31,049 bases of DNA from Abditibacteriota bacterium (GCA_017958015.1 JAGDDM010000181.1:1-31049), one strand, 5' to 3'. Shown: positions 10,401 to 18,140, counted from the first letter of the stretch. Made by a program: numbers and translations. Notes: generated by a model from the letters alone, not told the origin.

Positions 10401-13400
10401 AGCTTCCCGGCAAGACCGTTACCACCCAGTTCGGCAACACTTACAACGACTGGATTCTTTCCCAGAAGATGAAGCAGCCCGACGTAACGATTAAAGAGGG
10501 CGGCGAGTATGAGCTCGAAAACGCTCAGGCCATCAACAGGGCTCTGAAGGAAGCGGCCACCGAACGGAGAACAAAGAACAACGTCTTCGGCGAGGCCAAG
10601 AGAACTCCCAACGGCGGTCAGGTGTACTTCGAGTGGGGCGAAAGGATTAACGTTATCCTTTGGAACATGCCCGCTCTGGAGGATCTTTACGGCGATAACA
10701 ACGCCTCCAGACGGAACGCCATAAGATTCCTTATGACCAACGGCAGCGGCGGCACCAGCGCCGGTTCCCAGCTCTCCTTCGCGGGCAACATCAGACAGCT
10801 TAAAGAATATCACATTCTTTCCAAGGAAACCGCCTCCGCCCAGAACGGAGAGGGCGGAACCACCGTAAGCGGATTCAAGAGACTTACGTATAAGAAATCC
10901 GACGGCGAAAACGTCTATGTGAAGCGGTCCTACGCCGTGGGCGAGATTGAGATCAACGCCACCGGCAGCAAGCCGCCCACTCCCGGTCCCGGCTGGGTTT
11001 TGGTGGCGGAAGTCCGCCAGCGCAGAACCGGCACAAGCAGCCAGAGCAGCAGCTTCGAGTTCGTGCGCATTCCCATCGCCAGGCTCAAATACAGCGGCGG
11101 CAAACTCATTCCGGTTGCCATAGACAACGACGGCGACGGTGCCGATGACGTGTTCAAAGAGGCCAACTTGGGTATCAACAACCCGCTGGCCATCAGACCG
11201 GACAGCACCGTCAAGAAAGACTGGATCGCTTGGCCCGACGACCTGAAAAAGCCCAACAGAGACGACGACGAAGCCCACTACAACGGCAACTCCGTTGAGG
11301 AGACCCTCAGCGACAACCGCAGAGCCCTCCGCACGGACAAACTGCCGGTGGTTGACCTGGGCGACGTTCAGCACGGAACCACCTCCGGCGAGGGACTCCT
11401 GGGCGTTATGGACAGAAGCGCCGTGGGCTGCAAGATTACCCGCCACACCGGCGGCTATCCCATTACCGAAAAACTCAACAACTTCAGAATCGGCAGATAC
11501 GACTTGGAGTGGGGCGGCGGCGCCGACGCCATCACCGCCTGCGGCGGAATCAGATTCCCCTGGGAACAGGGACCCGGTTCCGACGACTACCCGGACATCT
11601 ACGTCACCGCTCAGAACTACCGGAAGATGACCGACGACGCCAATCCTTCCGTGGGTGCCACCACACTGCCTTCCGTGCTCCTCAGGAGAGCCACCGGCAG
11701 CGGTTGGGACACCCAGTATCCGGAAGCGGTCAACAAGGTCACCGGTACATCTCCGGTTCTCCGCTCCGAGAAGGTGCTTGTCACCGTTGATGTGCCCAAG
11801 TATCAGCCCGCCAACCAGACCGGTTACGCCCACAAGATGCCCGCCTTCATCGACTCCAACAAGAACGGCAAGTTCGAGGACGGCAACACCATCCTGGGCA
11901 GACCCGGCACATATCAGGAAGCTTACAGACGGTTCAGAGTCTACCTCACCGTTCCCGCGGACCCGAGAATGGAAGTCGAGGAGCAGACCGTGGACATCGG
12001 CAGAGTTCCCCACGGTTTGGGCCTTGAGCTGGACAACTTCGACGCCTTCTGCTCCGACCCGGACGTTCAGCAGTGGTTCAAGACAATCACCGTCAAGAAC
12101 ACCGGCAACGTGAACCTTCGGAATCTGAAGGTGGCCGGTACGGATTTGTACGCCACTTCCACCAATACCGTTTTCCCGCTTTCCGGCAAGGGTATTACCA
12201 GTTCCCTGGATAAGGGCGACAGATATATGAACGCCGGCAAGTTCCCCTTCCGCTCTCAGGACGGTCGGGGCGCCGACATCGGCTACACTCTCACCAAAGC
12301 CAGAGTGAACAGCCCGGATCCCTCGGTTATGTCCATTCCGGACAGACGGCGCTGGGATATGAACTTCAACGGCACCGTGGATCGGTCCAAGAATATTCTT
12401 TCCGATTTGGGTTGGGCCTGGGACGCTCCGCTGCCCATTAAGGTCAGCGTCAAGGTTCCGCTGGGTCAGTCCACCGGCTCCTACATGGCTCCCTTCCTCA
12501 CCGTCTTTTCCGACATCGACGGCGACGGAGTTGTGGACAGAACCGAGCCCTACGCCAATCCCAGCTTCGACCTCAAGGTGAACGTTCGGGAATCCCGCCT
12601 CACCGGCGGCGTATCTCCCATTACGCTCCCTCAGATCGATCAGGAACTGACGCCTCTCAAGGTAAACGACACGGCTCCCGCGGCCTTCAAGGACGCCAAG
12701 ACCGGCGACGTTCACCTGTTCTGGTCCGGCAACAGACAGCCGGGCGGCAACTATCCGGACTTCACCGACGCGAACAGCGAGGCGCTGAAGAAGTTCGCCT
12801 CCGCGCCTTGGTTCATCAACCACGCCAGACTCCATTGGGTTTCCGGCACCGGTTGGTCTCCCTACAAGAAGACCGGCGACGATGCCTCCTGGTGGGCTCC
12901 CCACAAGACGAACGGCAACACCGTATTCGACTTCGGTTCTCAGTGGCCGGATCTGCTTATCGACAACGACAACCTGTCCATCCTCAAGTACGAGGGCGAG
13001 AACATGGTTCACCATACGGACCCCTACATCACCGTCAGCGAATCCAACGAAAAGGAAGCGTGGATGACCTGGACCGGCAGCATCGCGCTGGAAGATGAGG
13101 ACCTGGACACCGTAACAAACGAAAACAGAATATTCTACGGCAACATAAGCGACATATCGTCGAACACCACCATTCCGGTGCGCTCCATTCTTCAGGACCC
13201 GTATTCCCTGAAGAAGTCGCCCACCTTGGCGGTTTACGACAACACCATGTGGGCTATGTGGCAGAGCGGCAACGGCAGCAGATGGTCTCTGCAGTATTCC
13301 GTGAATCCCGTAAACGGCCACCCGGAGAAGAATTGGACCACCGCCAAGACTCTCCGCACCCCGGACACACTCACCTCCGTGGGTTCGCCTTCCGCCATAT

Positions 13401-14740
13401 ACCACAGATATACCGACAACAAGGGCATGATGGACGTTGTCTATTCCGGCATCGCCGCCAGAACGAACAACTCCGACGTAATGCTCACCAGGTATTACAC
13501 CGACTATAACAACAACGATTGGGCGCCGGACAAGATCGCGCTGCCCATGCCCAGAATCTTCGCCGAGCGGCTCACCAGAGACACCAAGTACGGCTTCTTC
13601 ACTTCCAAGCATATCGCCTGGAAGCGGCCCGGATTGGGCAACGACGCCGTGGTGGACAACAGAGGCGGTTACGACGTAACATCCGATACCGCGGACTATC
13701 CCTACGTCTACGTGAAGTTCCCCGCGGGCTATCCGAAGCCCGGCGGCGGCAAGCTCAACGCGGAAACTTGGATCAGCGCCACCGACGGCACCGTTAAAGG
13801 CGCTTCCAACGAAAACGGCAAACCCATAGATCCCACCTTCGACAACGAAGCCGGCGTCTATGTGTACAAGTACGACGAGAAGAGCCTCGCCACGGACCTC
13901 CTTGGCGAAATGCTCATCGACTACGCCGCGGGCATCCTCCGGTTCACGGAACCCTTCCACGAGGTTCGCTCCGACGACGAAGTTCTGGCGCCGGAAGTCT
14001 ACGCGGACTACACGCCTCAGACTTGGCGGCTCACCACCGGTCTGGGCGCCGACAACTCGCCTATGGCCTTCATAGAGCGGGGCGGTCCCTACACCAGCAA
14101 GTACTCCGTGGTACGCCCGGGTCTGGGTTCCGGCTTCAGAAGCGGCGACCCCGACGTTGACAGACTTTGGGTCCTGTGGAGACGGGCCGACAGAGCCGGC
14201 GACAACGGCAGCATCTACTATACCTCTTACAGAATGGGTATAGACCTGGCCGAAGTCTTTATCGGACAGTCCGGCAACTCATTCTACGTGAACAAGGGCG
14301 TTCCCGCCATTCCCATGAACGAGGACGGCACCGTATCCGACGCGGCCAACCTCACGATAAGCGGCAACAGCATGTCCTGGGAAGTGGACCGCACCGGCCG
14401 GAAGATCTTCTTCACCACCGCCGACGAGCGGGTACTCTCCATGCGGGAGACTCCCTACCAAACTCCCACCGACGGCATAAGAGTCAGCTACAAGGACATC
14501 GACGGCAAAACCGTGTCCTTCACCGCCCGCGACATCAGCTGGATTAAGGAACTGCCGGAGCAGGCAATGCCCACCGAAGGCAACGTGAACGAGGGAAGCA
14601 TCTACGGCTTCGCCGACTTCGACTACGAGGGCGCGAGCGCCTCCGATCCGCTGCTCTCCTCCAAGATATGGATTTTCTGGACCAGCACCCGGAGCGGCAC
14701 CTCCGACCTCTATTGGCAGACTCTGAGTCCGAGATTCTGA
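7490..14740 (+). CDS. Giant secreted protein (2416 aa): PQQ-type propeller with two golvesin/xanthan-lyase CBM-like inserts, Ca-binding loops, Ig-like segment and C-terminal TolB/BNR-like propeller; PilY1-like adhesin candidate
   Basis: RBS AGGAG 7477-7481 and ATG 7490. Signal peptide MAVKSKKTLYTAISVLALAGLIVSGAFT. PQQ motifs WQSYCFDRFHTG, VYVSAQDGQIYCLDAVTGERIW, SSPTIGADGNIYIGD and VYIGGSDGRVYAF. Two inserts of the form YxVxVWIP...A.YTV...W..L...ADAV.xVP (about 7710-8236 and 8730-9179). ITVKNTGNVNL Ig-like strand. C-terminal FWTSTRSGTSDLYW. Confidence 0.8.
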   Translation: MAVKSKKTLYTAISVLALAGLIVSGAFTDTFWQSYCFDRFHTGQNNDANHIKNPETLDLVWVFPRDVSTKSSQVVDNVNGRATGSWTVRDSEGAYISDEDAEAQEAEGIENPIGNFSYTAALPSDSTNPDKPFTWTFSVTADMLANTHFYKIQVWIPALTEEEQLDLGYTFSQNAVYTVRDDYGEKTYSFNQRDTGGWQELTYEALRITRPGAYKVTLSAITGDNFNPEADSGESPSIAVAADAVRLVPVTGMEVYSSPASGSIPWSTTVTYGLGDGEGNAQQTETYSTDALPVVCVGTVEPPFGNGMASINSGAIYCVNSVTPINQTAASSSKKGFFDALSENLGTYIWRYPAANPDDRDELDGPVMNGVYSSPLVDTSHPGSPVVYVSAQDGQIYCLDAVTGERIWSGPGITMGENSASTNYEGTWETVSGVDECFGGSYKWAAGTTENDNVASVTWNFAEKLDTSMVRQPGDAGVAYEVYVWIPSNNGTGVTQSANYTVTYQDAQGNPATDNVKLDMSTYNFSGKWQQLGGSYFNVQSVKLTNKTSDGGKVFADAVKIVPAECGVFGYSSPITDVRDDGTGVSTKVFACTASGRVICMSANAAEEGIGKTEWACPKLRTKAVIEEEDDYTERGFGSVGGSLAYTSNGNYIIGSAIQVGAYEDVSLFCIDTEGNLKWKVGGDYGFTSSPTIGADGNIYIGDIGGYYRCFRMADGSELWSNPGTSGYAEGLSPIPLGAFRYSTSAFGIAKSPAYSGGDFRTWIGSSDGKIYSFKINEGLSEHRMYTEYNDEGEQKSVHNAPPRYVEPNFYSAIEGSVAVTGLNPGNVTTMYVGDMNGVLQWRNAAHGTSSDTVDVINNVGKWKYDGYQTDGFLFSSPNLTTVTADMAAANVDWVYIGGSDGRVYAFSDEEGAWGGHWHGGQWPFDGEPGDRKVSSRSAVETDIQFDIFSKDFARASEYGDPDPHTNDCYQLPGKTVTTQFGNTYNDWILSQKMKQPDVTIKEGGEYELENAQAINRALKEAATERRTKNNVFGEAKRTPNGGQVYFEWGERINVILWNMPALEDLYGDNNASRRNAIRFLMTNGSGGTSAGSQLSFAGNIRQLKEYHILSKETASAQNGEGGTTVSGFKRLTYKKSDGENVYVKRSYAVGEIEINATGSKPPTPGPGWVLVAEVRQRRTGTSSQSSSFEFVRIPIARLKYSGGKLIPVAIDNDGDGADDVFKEANLGINNPLAIRPDSTVKKDWIAWPDDLKKPNRDDDEAHYNGNSVEETLSDNRRALRTDKLPVVDLGDVQHGTTSGEGLLGVMDRSAVGCKITRHTGGYPITEKLNNFRIGRYDLEWGGGADAITACGGIRFPWEQGPGSDDYPDIYVTAQNYRKMTDDANPSVGATTLPSVLLRRATGSGWDTQYPEAVNKVTGTSPVLRSEKVLVTVDVPKYQPANQTGYAHKMPAFIDSNKNGKFEDGNTILGRPGTYQEAYRRFRVYLTVPADPRMEVEEQTVDIGRVPHGLGLELDNFDAFCSDPDVQQWFKTITVKNTGNVNLRNLKVAGTDLYATSTNTVFPLSGKGITSSLDKGDRYMNAGKFPFRSQDGRGADIGYTLTKARVNSPDPSVMSIPDRRRWDMNFNGTVDRSKNILSDLGWAWDAPLPIKVSVKVPLGQSTGSYMAPFLTVFSDIDGDGVVDRTEPYANPSFDLKVNVRESRLTGGVSPITLPQIDQELTPLKVNDTAPAAFKDAKTGDVHLFWSGNRQPGGNYPDFTDANSEALKKFASAPWFINHARLHWVSGTGWSPYKKTGDDASWWAPHKTNGNTVFDFGSQWPDLLIDNDNLSILKYEGENMVHHTDPYITVSESNEKEAWMTWTGSIALEDEDLDTVTNENRIFYGNISDISSNTTIPVRSILQDPYSLKKSPTLAVYDNTMWAMWQSGNGSRWSLQYSVNPVNGHPEKNWTTAKTLRTPDTLTSVGSPSAIYHRYTDNKGMMDVVYSGIAARTNNSDVMLTRYYTDYNNNDWAPDKIALPMPRIFAERLTRDTKYGFFTSKHIAWKRPGLGNDAVVDNRGGYDVTSDTADYPYVYVKFPAGYPKPGGGKLNAETWISATDGTVKGASNENGKPIDPTFDNEAGVYVYKYDEKSLATDLLGEMLIDYAAGILRFTEPFHEVRSDDEVLAPEVYADYTPQTWRLTTGLGADNSPMAFIERGGPYTSKYSVVRPGLGSGFRSGDPDVDRLWVLWRRADRAGDNGSIYYTSYRMGIDLAEVFIGQSGNSFYVNKGVPAIPMNEDGTVSDAANLTISGNSMSWEVDRTGRKIFFTTADERVLSMRETPYQTPTDGIRVSYKDIDGKTVSFTARDISWIKELPEQAMPTEGNVNEGSIYGFADFDYEGASASDPLLSSKIWIFWTSTRSGTSDLYWQTLSPRF

Positions 14741-14891
14741 TTGTGAAAAGCGAGCTCTGAGCTCAAGGTTCCGATAGAGTCGGCTTTTCGCCGCGGATTC
14801 TATGCTCTCCTCCAAGATTCGGATTTTCCGGACGAGCACCCGGAGCGGCACCTCCGACCTCTACTGGCAGACTCTCAGCCCTCGGTTCTGA
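14652..14891 (+). repeat. Diverged direct repeat: 14652-14740 (gene 3' end including stop) repeated at 14803-14891
   Basis: Ungapped manual alignment of 89 nt shows 10 mismatches. Copy 2 reads in frame from ATG 14802 as MLSSKIRIFRTSTRSGTSDLYWQTLSPRF*, against LLSSKIWIFWTSTRSGTSDLYWQTLSPRF* in the gene. Confidence 0.95.
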
Positions 14892-14942
14892 GGTGAAAAT
14901 CGGGGAAAGAAACAGGGGATAAAACCGAAAAAATGAATACCG

Positions 14943-14976
14943 AACCGGCCGTCCGCAAGCCGCGGAAGGCCGGTTT
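14943..14976 (+). terminator. GC-rich hairpin downstream of the giant-protein operon; possible terminator
   Basis: AACCGGCC-g-TCCGC-aagcc-GCGGA-a-GGCCGGTT. The U-tail is only about 3 nt, so the terminator call is weak. Confidence 0.4.
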
Positions 14977-15031
14977 AGGGGCATTTTCACGAAATTTTCC
15001 GAAAAAAAGCCGATTTTTTTTCGAAAAGGGC

Positions 15032-15070
15032 CGTTTTGCAATAGCGTTTTTGCGCGTTTTGCGTTATAAT
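15032..15070 (+). promoter_or_regulatory. Probable pilM promoter region: consensus -10 with three upstream CGTTTT(T)GC direct repeats
   Basis: TATAAT at 15065-15070, about 60 nt before ATG 15130. No good -35 at 17-nt spacing (TTGCAA lies 23 nt away). Repeats start at 15032, 15045 and 15055. Confidence 0.45.
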
Positions 15071-15129
15071 ATATTGTGTGGCAAGAAATGTGTCGCATTT
15101 CACTAAAAGTGTGAATAGGATATCTGATT

Positions 15130-16551
15130 ATGGCTTCCAAAAAAATACCTTCCGCGGTTCTCGGTCTTGACATAGGCACCACCGCGATTAAAGCCGTTGA
15201 AGTCAAGTACATCAAAGGCAAGCCCGTTGTTACCGGAATCGTTTCGGCGGATTTGCCCGAGGGCACTTTTGACAGCGAGCTCATCGTAAACCCCGAGGAG
15301 CTGGGCAAGACGGTTAAGGAGCTTTTGGCATCCAACAACATAAAGACGAAAAACGTTGTGTGCGCTCTTTCGGGTCAGACAAAGGTTATCGTGCGCGTCG
15401 TGGAAGTTCCCAAGATGACGAAGAAGGAGCTGGACGACACCATGAAGTTCCAGGTGGAATCCAACGTTCCTTTCCCCGCCAACGAGATTGTGAAGGATTA
15501 CGAGATAATCGAAAATCCCGACGCGGACGTGAACGATCCCAACTACGATGTCCTCTTCGCCGCCGCGCAGCAGGACCTTGTTAACTCCTACATGGCCATG
15601 CTCAAGTTCGCCGGTCTCAAGATTGCCGCTCTGGACGTGAACACTCTCGCCGTGGGCAGAGCCGTTCTCGAATCGGAAAAGAACGAAGAGGGCAAAACCG
15701 GCATTATCGGCGTTGTGGACCTGGGCGCCTCTTTCAGCAGCTTCGGCGTCTTCGAAAACGGCGACCTTAAATATCCCAATCCTCCTCTTTCCGTGGGCGG
15801 CAACAGCCTCACCGCGGAAGTGGCTCAGATTTTGGGCGTGGAGAAGGACGAGGCGGAGGAATCCAAGAAGCAGTACGGCTACGCCGACGCGGAAGTTTTC
15901 AATATGCTCCTGGGCATCGCTCAGGAAGCGGAGAACGAGGAAGAGGACTTCGACTTCAACGACGCTTTCTCCACCTTCGAGGAACAGACTCAGGCCGTGT
16001 CGGAAGCCCATGACGACGAGTTCGGCGACTTGCCGGGTCTCGGCGGAGGTCTGGGCGACATTCTGGGCGGTTCCGTGGATGTTGCGGAATCCGAAGAAGA
16101 AGCCGCTCCCGCGGTGGACAATCCTCTGGATTTGGACGCCGGCGAGACCGAGGCGGAGCCTCTCTTTGATTTGGGCGACAAGCCCTTCGGCAACGACAAC
16201 GATACGCCCTTTGCCACCGACGATATAGATCCCAATTCCCTTCAGGGCAAAGTGCTTACGGCCATTGCCACTCCTCTTATCGATTTGGCCAACGAAATAA
16301 GACGCTCTCTTGAGTATTACAATACCCGCTACAACAAAGACATCGACAAGCTGGTCCTCTGCGGAGGCGGCGCCAATCTCGGCAAGATTGCCGATTTCCT
16401 GGTGGGTGAGCTGGGTGTGGAAACCGAAGTGGTGAAGCCCATGGCGGGTTTTGCCGTTGAGATTCCCGACCTTACCGAGCAGTACATAAACGAGATTTCA
16501 CCTTCCCTTACCGCCGCCTTGGGGCTCGCGGTTCGCGATATGGTTGAATAA
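15130..16551 (+). CDS. pilM: Type IV pilus assembly protein PilM (actin-like fold) with a large acidic insertion
   Basis: VLGLDIGTTAIKAVE phosphate-1 motif, VIVRVVEVPKM, FQVESNVPFP, VLFAAA, LVLCGGGANL and C-terminal AALGLAVR; first gene of an MNOP-secretin order. Confidence 0.93.
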   Translation: MASKKIPSAVLGLDIGTTAIKAVEVKYIKGKPVVTGIVSADLPEGTFDSELIVNPEELGKTVKELLASNNIKTKNVVCALSGQTKVIVRVVEVPKMTKKELDDTMKFQVESNVPFPANEIVKDYEIIENPDADVNDPNYDVLFAAAQQDLVNSYMAMLKFAGLKIAALDVNTLAVGRAVLESEKNEEGKTGIIGVVDLGASFSSFGVFENGDLKYPNPPLSVGGNSLTAEVAQILGVEKDEAEESKKQYGYADAEVFNMLLGIAQEAENEEEDFDFNDAFSTFEEQTQAVSEAHDDEFGDLPGLGGGLGDILGGSVDVAESEEEAAPAVDNPLDLDAGETEAEPLFDLGDKPFGNDNDTPFATDDIDPNSLQGKVLTAIATPLIDLANEIRRSLEYYNTRYNKDIDKLVLCGGGANLGKIADFLVGELGVETEVVKPMAGFAVEIPDLTEQYINEISPSLTAALGLAVRDMVE

Positions 16552-16571
16552 ATCCGGAGTAGTAAACAGCA

Positions 16572-17432
16572 ATGATAAAACTTAACCTGTTGCCTAAAGT
16601 CGTGGACGAGAAAAAGGATATCCGCAACATGATTATTCTTTTCTCCGTTCTGCTTCTCGCTGTTCTCGCCGGCTGTTTTGCCTATATCCACCAGCTGGAC
16701 GTGAACATTGCCGATATGAAGGCGAAAGAAGCCGAAGCTCGTATGCGCAAGGAAAACGTGGACAGAATCAAGGCCGAGGCCGAAAGCTGGGAAGGCAAGA
16801 TTCCGCCCGTCAAGGCTAAGGTTGACTTCTTCGACAGCGTTATGGCCTACACCGACGCCTATCCCAAACTCTACGAGGAAATCGCCCGCTGGACCTACAA
16901 CAGAGTTCAGTACAACGCCATCTCCACGCCGGCTCCGGACGCGGTGGTTATGGCCGCCAAGGCGAAGAATCTGGACGATGTGGGCAGATATCTGCTGAAT
17001 ATGTATAAAGCCACGAACCTCTTTACCGAGGTTACCATAAGCGGCGTTCCCGGATACGGCCAGATGGAAGGCGGCGACGTGGGATTCGACTTCGGCGCGC
17101 TCAACGAGCAGGCTGCGGCCGAATCGACTCCGCCCCCGGCTTCCGGCGGTATGACCCAGGAACAGCTGGCCGCCAGCTTCCCGGGCAGAGACGTATCCGG
17201 CGTAACCAACGTGGGAACCGGCGGAGCGGCCGCTCCCGCCCCCGCGGCGCCCGCCCAGTCCTATCAGGCTCCCAGCCTCGCGGGACTCGGCGCCATCGAT
17301 ACCGGTGTGCTCAGAGCCCCCGGTGCCGGCGTACCCAAAGAAATCAATTTTACGGTTAATTGCAAGCTCAAAGAGCCCATCAATGTTCCCACACCTCCGG
17401 GAACACAGAACCCCGATGAGCAGCCGATGTAA
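16572..17432 (+). CDS. pilN: PilN-like assembly protein
   Basis: N-terminal MIKLNLLP (PilM-binding INLLP motif), one TM helix, coiled coil, ferredoxin-like C-terminal region ending INFTVNCKL; directly after pilM. Confidence 0.85.
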   Translation: MIKLNLLPKVVDEKKDIRNMIILFSVLLLAVLAGCFAYIHQLDVNIADMKAKEAEARMRKENVDRIKAEAESWEGKIPPVKAKVDFFDSVMAYTDAYPKLYEEIARWTYNRVQYNAISTPAPDAVVMAAKAKNLDDVGRYLLNMYKATNLFTEVTISGVPGYGQMEGGDVGFDFGALNEQAAAESTPPPASGGMTQEQLAASFPGRDVSGVTNVGTGGAAAPAPAAPAQSYQAPSLAGLGAIDTGVLRAPGAGVPKEINFTVNCKLKEPINVPTPPGTQNPDEQPM

Positions 17433-17459
17433 AGGCAAGTGAAATAAAAAGGATTTGCG

Positions 17460-18131
17460 ATGAAACTCAAAAAATGGCATGTGGCGGCGATTGGTTCCTT
17501 CCTTTGTATAGCCGCGGCCGGAGCTCTCTATTGGTTTATGATGAAGCCCCGCCAGGAAGAGTTGGCGGCGGTTACCGCCAGCTACGAGCAGCTTGACAAC
17601 GAAGGCAGTGAGTCCAACAGACAGGCCGCCGAAAGACGGCTTCTGAAGGCTCAGAACGACCTGAACAACAACACCCACAAGCTTGACGTTTACATGAACA
17701 AATATATGCCGAACCTTCAGTTCGAAAAGCGGGACAAGGGTATGATCGCTCTGTGGAACGAGCAGATTTACAACCTGGTTCCCACGGTTGAGCGGTTCTC
17801 CAGAGACCCCAACCCCAACGTGAAGGTTATCACCGGTACCTTTACGGCTCCGCCTCCGCCGGCGAACCCCAACGATCCGCTCTTCTCTCAGGAATGGATA
17901 AGATACGACATGGGTCCCTATGCCGTGAGGGGCGATTTCAAGGCTTTGATGAAGAACATCAGACGCTGGAAAGACTGCAACAGACTCATCGTTATTTCTC
18001 CTCCCATTTTGGCGGGAACTTCTCCCAACTTGGTGTCGAGTTACAACCTCACCTGCTATGTCGCGCCCAGATCCGTGGGCGGCGCGCCGCTTCCCATGGC
18101 GGGAAACGTAGGCGGAGACCAGCCGCAGTAA
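17460..18131 (+). CDS. pilO: PilO-like assembly protein
   Basis: N-terminal TM helix (VAAIGSFLCIAAAGALYWFMM) followed by KPRQEE, coiled coil, then VRGDFKALMKNIRRWKDCNRLIVI resembling PilO G.F..L..F...l....R; position after pilN. Confidence 0.7.
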   Translation: MKLKKWHVAAIGSFLCIAAAGALYWFMMKPRQEELAAVTASYEQLDNEGSESNRQAAERRLLKAQNDLNNNTHKLDVYMNKYMPNLQFEKRDKGMIALWNEQIYNLVPTVERFSRDPNPNVKVITGTFTAPPPPANPNDPLFSQEWIRYDMGPYAVRGDFKALMKNIRRWKDCNRLIVISPPILAGTSPNLVSSYNLTCYVAPRSVGGAPLPMAGNVGGDQPQ

Positions 18132-18140
18132 GGAGCAATT

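Noticed and set aside
9554-13960. 1468-aa minus-strand ORF and the other long antisense ORFs (126-1640, 2971-4128, 4522-5853, 6064-7461, 7475-8632, 16329-18170, 28702-30162)
   Set aside because: They lie wholly opposite well-supported + strand genes, have Val/Gly/Ala-skewed composition and no recognisable motifs; they are shadows of the strong C-ending codon bias.
2914-14740. Inteins or PQQ-dependent dehydrogenase activity in the giant proteins
   Set aside because: No intein block motifs (C/S start, TxxH, terminal HN) or LAGLIDADG were seen; the propeller repeats are interrupted by inserts and no dehydrogenase-specific motifs were recognised.
14652-14891. Diversity-generating retroelement TR/VR pair at the adhesin C-terminus
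   Set aside because: DGR mismatches fall on template adenines. Here at most 4 of 10 mismatches are at A for any choice of template copy and strand, most are synonymous, and no reverse transcriptase is encoded in the window.
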